DNA from: Polyangia bacterium
GTDB lineage: Bacteria > Myxococcota_A > Polyangia > JAAYKL01
Length of the DNA: 64,000 nucleotides
Direction of reading: 5' to 3'
Assembly: GCA_050287845.1 (NCBI GenBank)
Contig: JBNKCR010000065.1
Coordinates: 1-64,000 of the forward strand
Positions 58,800-64,000 of this stretch are shown here, piece after piece. Positions within the stretch are counted from its first letter, which is position 1. Every line of letters starts with the position of its first letter. The notes under the pieces were generated by a model, which saw only the letters and a program-made list of their open reading frames with translations, was not told the origin of the DNA and did not search any database. The translations under genes were made by a program, and so were the position numbers.

Positions 58800-58847
58800 T
58801 GATTTCTGGACGGTAAGTGGAGGCTCAGGAAGCAACGTGAGATACCA

Positions 58848-59693
58848 ATGAAAATATCCAGCACTGATTTTGACCTGATGAAAACGTTTATCGAGGAGCA
58901 ATGCGGTATTGTGCTGCGCGATTCCCAGAACTATCTTCTGGAGAGCCGACTCAATGGGCTTCTGGCCCAAACCCGCTGCAACAGTTTCGGCGACTTCTAT
59001 CGATTGGCCAAACAGAACAGAATTCCCGGATTACGTGAAAAAATCATCAACGCCATGACCACCAATGAAACGTTCTGGTTTCGGGATTCCCATCCCTGGC
59101 AGGAGTTTCGGGATACCATTCTGCCGGAGTGGGACGCGGACCAGAAGCCGTCGTCGCCCCAGAGGCGCATCTGGTCCGCCGCCGCGTCCATGGGACAGGA
59201 AGCGTATTCCATCGCCATGCTGATTGATTCCCACATCAAAAAGCACCCGGATACCCCACTTAAAGGGAAAATTGAAATTCTGGGCACCGATATTTCCACC
59301 TCGGCATTGTTTGTCGCCATCTCCGGCAACTACGATACGCTCGCCATGGGGCGCGGCTTCATTCCACCATTTGATCATTTCAGAGACACCTACTTCGTCC
59401 AGCGAAACCGGGTATGGGAAATCTCTGCGGAGGTGAAAAAAATGGTCAACTTCCACCACTTCAATCTGCAGGACTCATTTATCACACTGGGAAAATTTGA
59501 TCTGATTTGCCTGAGAAATGTCATCATCTATTTTTCCAATGATTTCAAGCAAACCCTGTTCGACAAAATTGCAAACTGCCTGGCGCCGGGGGGCTATCTG
59601 CTATTGGGCTCATCGGAAACGCCCATTCGATATTCCGACCGCCTGAAACTCAGAAGGGTCGGACAAAGCATTTATTATCAGCTGAAGGAATAA
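58848..59693 (+). CDS. cheR: Chemotaxis protein-glutamate methyltransferase
   Basis: TTNETFWFRD, IWSAAASMGQEAYSIAM, GTDIS, RNVIIYF and GGYLLLGSSE motifs. Confidence 0.94.
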   Translation: MKISSTDFDLMKTFIEEQCGIVLRDSQNYLLESRLNGLLAQTRCNSFGDFYRLAKQNRIPGLREKIINAMTTNETFWFRDSHPWQEFRDTILPEWDADQKPSSPQRRIWSAAASMGQEAYSIAMLIDSHIKKHPDTPLKGKIEILGTDISTSALFVAISGNYDTLAMGRGFIPPFDHFRDTYFVQRNRVWEISAEVKKMVNFHHFNLQDSFITLGKFDLICLRNVIIYFSNDFKQTLFDKIANCLAPGGYLLLGSSETPIRYSDRLKLRRVGQSIYYQLKE

Positions 59694-59696
59694 ATT

Positions 59697-60560
59697 ATGG
59701 CAGGGAACAAAGAAGAAGTACTGAAAGCCATTGCAGGGATAGACGATCTGCCATCATTTCCGGACGTGCTGATTCGGTTTCAGAACGAAATGGCCAACGC
59801 ACATCCGGACGTGAAAAAACTGGCGGCTATCATCGAGGACGATCCGGGGCTGACTGCCAGATTCCTCAAAGCGGTGAATTCTGCATTTTACACCCGCTCC
59901 GGGACCATCACATCCATTTCGCAGGCCGTGGCAAGACTGGGGCTGATCGAAACAAAGAAGCTGGCAGTCACCACGGCACTCTTTGATCGCTACCGGAGCT
60001 ATGGTGGTCTGGTTCCCGCAAGCTTCTGGACCCACTCCATCGCGGTGGCCCTCGCCACCCGGGCCATCGTTCAGCTGGGCACACATTCCCTGTCTCTGGA
60101 AGAAACCGAAACCGCCTACATCGCCGGACTTCTGCACGACATCGGAATCATTGTGCTGTTCCACCTGTTTGAAAACGATTATCGAAAAATACACGAAGCA
60201 GAGCATCCCGGCGGCGGCATCCGAGTGGAAAGTGAATCGGCGCAGTTTGGTGTGCATCATGGCGAGGCCGGCGCGGCCCTGATGCGAAGTTGGCGACTGC
60301 CGATTGCACTCTACGAACCCATTGAATTTCATCACCATCCCTGGCTGTCCACCGATCCCAACCGCCCCGTCTGTTACCTGATCCATCTGGCCGATTTCAT
60401 CTGCAATAACATCGGCGCCGCACGGATGGAAACCCGCATTGAAACGGCGTTCGACGAAACCGCGTTCGAAATGTTTCACCTCTCGCTCTCGCAGGTTCCG
60501 GAAATTATTGAAAATGTCAGGCAGCAGGCGGCCACCGCAGAATCACTGGTCAATCTGTAA
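59697..60560 (+). CDS. HDOD domain protein
   Basis: LPSFP, DPGLTARFLKAVNSAFY, FWTHS, GLLHDIG and WRLP..HHHP motifs. Confidence 0.92.
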   Translation: MAGNKEEVLKAIAGIDDLPSFPDVLIRFQNEMANAHPDVKKLAAIIEDDPGLTARFLKAVNSAFYTRSGTITSISQAVARLGLIETKKLAVTTALFDRYRSYGGLVPASFWTHSIAVALATRAIVQLGTHSLSLEETETAYIAGLLHDIGIIVLFHLFENDYRKIHEAEHPGGGIRVESESAQFGVHHGEAGAALMRSWRLPIALYEPIEFHHHPWLSTDPNRPVCYLIHLADFICNNIGAARMETRIETAFDETAFEMFHLSLSQVPEIIENVRQQAATAESLVNL

Positions 60561-60568
60561 ATTATGGG

Positions 60569-60913
60569 TCACATGTCCTTGAACCACTCCTTGAGTTTTT
60601 CCGCTGCATGTTCCCGGTGTTCCGCTTTGATATGCGCTGCCACAGTGGCCACGGCTGCCACCAGCACCCCCAGATCGTCGCTATATCCGGTAATGGGTGT
60701 AATATCTGCAATGGCATCGAAGGGAACAATAAAATACCCGAGCGCAGCATAGATTGTTGTTTTCGCCCAAAGGGGCGTGTCCGGATCCCGCGCCGAATAG
60801 TACATGGTCAACGCGTTATCCAGGACTCTTTTACCCGCAGCACCGGCATACTTTTTCACCTTGTTCCAAAAGCCATCATTACTGAACGCTTTTTCGAACT
60901 CATTTTCGGTCAT
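60569..60913 (-). CDS. YkvA/DUF1232 family protein
   Basis: DPDTPLWAK..ALGYFIVPFDAIADITPITGYSDD motif. Confidence 0.9.
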   Translation of the reverse strand: MTENEFEKAFSNDGFWNKVKKYAGAAGKRVLDNALTMYYSARDPDTPLWAKTTIYAALGYFIVPFDAIADITPITGYSDDLGVLVAAVATVAAHIKAEHREHAAEKLKEWFKDM

Positions 60914-60924
60914 GAAATGCTCCC

Positions 60925-62916
60925 TTATTTCAGATGTTGCGCCACACTCTGATGGTCGCAGGTTTCAGATGGCGTTCGGCCTTTGAGGAAGTACTCCCGC
61001 ATCTGGTGGGGGCATTCCCTGGAGACGCGTTTGCCGGAGGTGGGGCAGACCAGAGCGGATTCAATGCCCGCAGGCTGTTGAGGCAGGGTGAGCTTTTTAC
61101 CCCGGGAGGCGATGAGCAGGGCATCCCGGGCCAGGGGGGCGGCGCCGCTCATTCCCAGGATACCGCGGGTTGGGTTGCCGTCAAAGCGTCCGGTCCACGC
61201 GGCAACAATAAATTCTCTGGTGGCAAACACGGCCACCGTGTCGGAGAATCCCCGGGCGGTTCCGGTCTTCACCACCACCGGGTAGGGTAAATCCGCCGGG
61301 GTCTCCTGACCGAACACCTTGCGTCTGGCTTCCGGGTCGCTCAGCATATCCATGGTCAGCCAGGCCACCTGCTTCTGAAACACCTGTCGCTCCCGCCGCA
61401 CCGGTTGCCAGGGCGCCCGGTGGTGATGGTAAAACGCCACCTGTTCAATGCCCGTGGGCGAAATCACTTTTCCCTCCCGCACCAGAAATCCATAGCCCGC
61501 CGCCAAATCCACCAGCCGCACTTTGGTGTCCCCCAGGGCCAGCCGAAGTCCGTAGTCTTCCGCACTGCCCTGCAAATCGGACACCCCCGCCCTTCGCAGT
61601 TTTTCCATCACCCGGGAAACCCCCACCTTTTCGAGCACGTGCACCGCGGCAATATTGTACGACCCAGCCAGGGCCTCGCGAAACCGCACCACACCATGTT
61701 CCTTTGGTGGACGCCCCGACACCTGGTAGGCCGAATCCGGGGTCATCATGTCTTCGGCCAGGGTGGCCGGCGAATCGCCCTGCTCAATGGCCGTGGCGTA
61801 CACAAACGGCTTGAGGGACGACCCGGGGTAGCGCCTGCGGGTCACAATATTCACATCACTTCCGCCCTCCTCCGCCGAAGATGTAGCCCCCACCATGGCC
61901 AGCACCTTTCCGGTCCGGGCATCGAGCACCACCACCCCCGCCTGATCCACCCCTCTGTGGCGCAGGGCCTCCACATGCTCCCGGGTGGCGTGGACCACCG
62001 CCTCCTGCATCCACCAGTCCAGGGTGGTCGTCACCACACCGCCTTCGGTGCGGATATCTTCGGGCAGAGTCTGCATCACCCAGTCCACAAAATGCGACGC
62101 TCTGAATGAAAAGGGGTGAGATTCCACAAACACCCGCTGCCGGCGCACCCGGTTGGCCGCGTCCTTCGAAAGAGTGCCCCGGGTCACCATCAGATTCAGC
62201 AGATGATCCCGCCGCGCCAGCACCCGCCTGTGATGCCGGAAAGGATCATAATACGAAGGCCCCCTTGGCAACACGCACAGGTAGGTGGCTTCCCCTGCGC
62301 TGAGGGCCGATGCCCGTTTGCCAAAGTACCGTTGGGCGGCGGCTTCAATCCCGAAGGCCCCATTGCCGAAGTACACCCGGTTGAGGTACTGCTCCAGAAT
62401 AAACCGTTTGTCCACCGCCCGCTCCAGACGCAATGCCAGCACCACCTCCTGCAGCTTGTTCCACAGGGAGCGGGGCTTTCCCCGGGAGTGCACATTGCGC
62501 ATCAGCTGCATGGTAATGGTCGAGGCGCCGTAGTGCACGCCCCCTTCCAGCAGGTTCAACCCCATGGCCCGAAACACCGCACCCACATCCACCCCGGAAT
62601 GGGTAAAAAAGTGCTGGTCCTCCGACGCCAGCAACGTGGCAATCACCCGGGCATCCACCTCATCCAGTCGCACGTACCGATGCCTCGGCGAGAATTCATT
62701 GTCGCCGCTGACATTCACCTGCCGGAGCACCACCCCATTGCGATCCCGAATAATCAGAGACGAGTACTTGCCGTCCGTCAGGGTTTCCACCGGGTAGTCC
62801 ACCGCAAACACCGCAATGGCAAAAGCCGCCGACAACAGAACCACCGCGAGCAGTCCACCCACCGCAGCGCGAACCATGCGCCGCCGCCAGACCGTTCTGT
62901 TCCATCGCAACTTCAT
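60925..62916 (-). CDS. pbpC: Penicillin-binding protein 1C
   Basis: Transglycosylase motifs EDQHFFTHSGVD and GASTITMQ. Transpeptidase motifs SSLK, SYN and KTG. Coupled to the alpha-2-macroglobulin gene. Confidence 0.9.
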   Translation of the reverse strand: MKLRWNRTVWRRRMVRAAVGGLLAVVLLSAAFAIAVFAVDYPVETLTDGKYSSLIIRDRNGVVLRQVNVSGDNEFSPRHRYVRLDEVDARVIATLLASEDQHFFTHSGVDVGAVFRAMGLNLLEGGVHYGASTITMQLMRNVHSRGKPRSLWNKLQEVVLALRLERAVDKRFILEQYLNRVYFGNGAFGIEAAAQRYFGKRASALSAGEATYLCVLPRGPSYYDPFRHHRRVLARRDHLLNLMVTRGTLSKDAANRVRRQRVFVESHPFSFRASHFVDWVMQTLPEDIRTEGGVVTTTLDWWMQEAVVHATREHVEALRHRGVDQAGVVVLDARTGKVLAMVGATSSAEEGGSDVNIVTRRRYPGSSLKPFVYATAIEQGDSPATLAEDMMTPDSAYQVSGRPPKEHGVVRFREALAGSYNIAAVHVLEKVGVSRVMEKLRRAGVSDLQGSAEDYGLRLALGDTKVRLVDLAAGYGFLVREGKVISPTGIEQVAFYHHHRAPWQPVRRERQVFQKQVAWLTMDMLSDPEARRKVFGQETPADLPYPVVVKTGTARGFSDTVAVFATREFIVAAWTGRFDGNPTRGILGMSGAAPLARDALLIASRGKKLTLPQQPAGIESALVCPTSGKRVSRECPHQMREYFLKGRTPSETCDHQSVAQHLK

Positions 62917-64000
62917 CTGGTTACCGTCAATTCCCCGCTCGCGGACAATCCATACTGCGACGGAACATACATCTCCTCAGCCATGGCACCGGGAACCTGA
63001 AAGACGCCGGAAATGGTGGCCCGCATCAGGTACTCAATTTCTTTTCTGCCCCCGTCCATCAAATCCGCAAAAGCATTGACCCGGTCATCCCGCAGTTCCA
63101 CATAGTCCCACACATGGCTGTCCCGGGTCCGGTGCGAAAGCGAACTGTCCACCACCGCAAGGCGGGTATTCAACGCCTCAAACCCGGCGGGCAGCGGGTC
63201 GGACACCGCCACATAGTCCTTCGCCCCGCCGGCCGACACCTCCAGGCGAACCTTCACCACCGTGCCCACCTTCACTTCCGTCACTTCGTTGCCGGTTTCC
63301 AGATTCACAAAGGTGCGCTTCACCGTGAACCCACTTTCAATGGCGCCGGGATTCCCCTTTTCGCTGGCCACTTCCCGGTTGATGATCACATTCATCGGCG
63401 CACTGCTCGCCACCTGCACCATTCCGGCTTTCAACTGACCGAACGGCACATCAAACCGCATGACCCGACTGCCATTCACCTCAACGGTCTGCCACGATTC
63501 ACCATCCAGCGACACCGTCACCTTCGCCGTCCCATCCGCCCGGCTGCGGACAAAGTCCGAAATGGCAATGAGAGCGTAAGCGTTCTCCTGGGTATTGCGC
63601 CAGCGGATGCCATCTTCGCGATGGGCCTTGAGACCGGCCACCAGTTTTTCAATTACCGGCAACTTCGCGTCGTACTCGGAAAGGGCGGTAATGGCCATGG
63701 CGGTGGTCCGCACACTGCTGCTCATGTACGCCCCCCCGTTGTTCGACTCCTGAATGAACGCCCCATCGTCCGTCTCCACCGCGGCCCCCAGCAGTTCTTC
63801 GACCAGCTGTTTCTGAACGTCGGCGCCATCCTTCGCCGCCACCATCGCCCGCAATAGCCAGATTCGGCCATACACCGGCATCATGTTCCGGTTTTCAAAC
63901 AGGCGGGCATTCAACCCGTTGTCCCCTTCCCCGAAGTACGCCAGCACAAACGCCGCCTGGGCCTGCTCCGCCGCCTCCCCCGGGGTTTTCGCTTCACCGG
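62913..64000 (-). CDS. Bacterial alpha-2-macroglobulin, C-terminal part (5' end outside the window)
   Basis: WRNTQENAYAL, DPLPAGFE, ELRDDRV, YLMRAT..G.F.VP and AEEMY motifs. The frame is open to the window edge. Confidence 0.92.
   Translation of the reverse strand, partial: GEAKTPGEAAEQAQAAFVLAYFGEGDNGLNARLFENRNMMPVYGRIWLLRAMVAAKDGADVQKQLVEELLGAAVETDDGAFIQESNNGGAYMSSSVRTTAMAITALSEYDAKLPVIEKLVAGLKAHREDGIRWRNTQENAYALIAISDFVRSRADGTAKVTVSLDGESWQTVEVNGSRVMRFDVPFGQLKAGMVQVASSAPMNVIINREVASEKGNPGAIESGFTVKRTFVNLETGNEVTEVKVGTVVKVRLEVSAGGAKDYVAVSDPLPAGFEALNTRLAVVDSSLSHRTRDSHVWDYVELRDDRVNAFADLMDGGRKEIEYLMRATISGVFQVPGAMAEEMYVPSQYGLSASGELTVTR

Noticed and set aside
4330..63857. Many long antisense ORFs (e.g. 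4330-5538, 8768-9889, 43484-44737, 62116-63000)
   Set aside because: They overlap well-supported genes on the other strand and show no motifs, which is typical of GC-rich codon bias.
60925..64000. Higher GC at the right end (41/60 at 61141-61200 versus 25/60 at 1441-1500) as a horizontally acquired island
   Set aside because: These are only spot counts. No integrase, tRNA or flanking repeats were seen. A sliding-window and codon-usage analysis would be needed.

Overview
Gene-dense chromosomal window, most likely from a Myxococcota/Deltaproteobacteria-type bacterium. This is inferred from a FrzS-like protein, an AgmX/PglI-type C-terminal domain, PEGA and HDOD proteins, Asp/Thr-repeat and Cys-rich lipoproteins, and sigma54 promoters. 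From left to right: (1) a minus-strand operon encoding a lipoprotein c-type cytochrome on a long Asp-Ser/Asp-Thr tether, a Tat-exported [NiFe]-hydrogenase (group 1a-like, Cys rather than Sec) and its maturation protease, with no cytochrome b anchor; (2) a beta-barrel-like protein and an RND efflux pair; (3) a 1492-aa Cys-rich repeat lipoprotein, divergent from a Maf-family glycosyltransferase pair; (4) a 17-gene aryl-polyene (APE)-type type II PKS cluster with an aromatic ammonia-lyase and no methyltransferase or thioesterase; (5) lpxL-like, exbB/exbD-like, FrzS-like, queD, PEGA, AgmX-like, DsbD-TlpA fusion, degenerate GGDEF, PP2C and ndk genes; (6) a fimU-pilV-pilW-pilX-pilY1 minor-pilin operon with a sigma54 promoter candidate; (7) HDOD/CheR/HDOD, ykvA-like, pbpC and the 3' end of an alpha-2-macroglobulin gene. 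I recognised no rRNA, tRNA, CRISPR array, integrase or transposase. The best candidate for an undescribed system is the all-lipoprotein hydrogenase plus tethered cytochrome module. All family calls come from motif recognition by eye; no searches were run.
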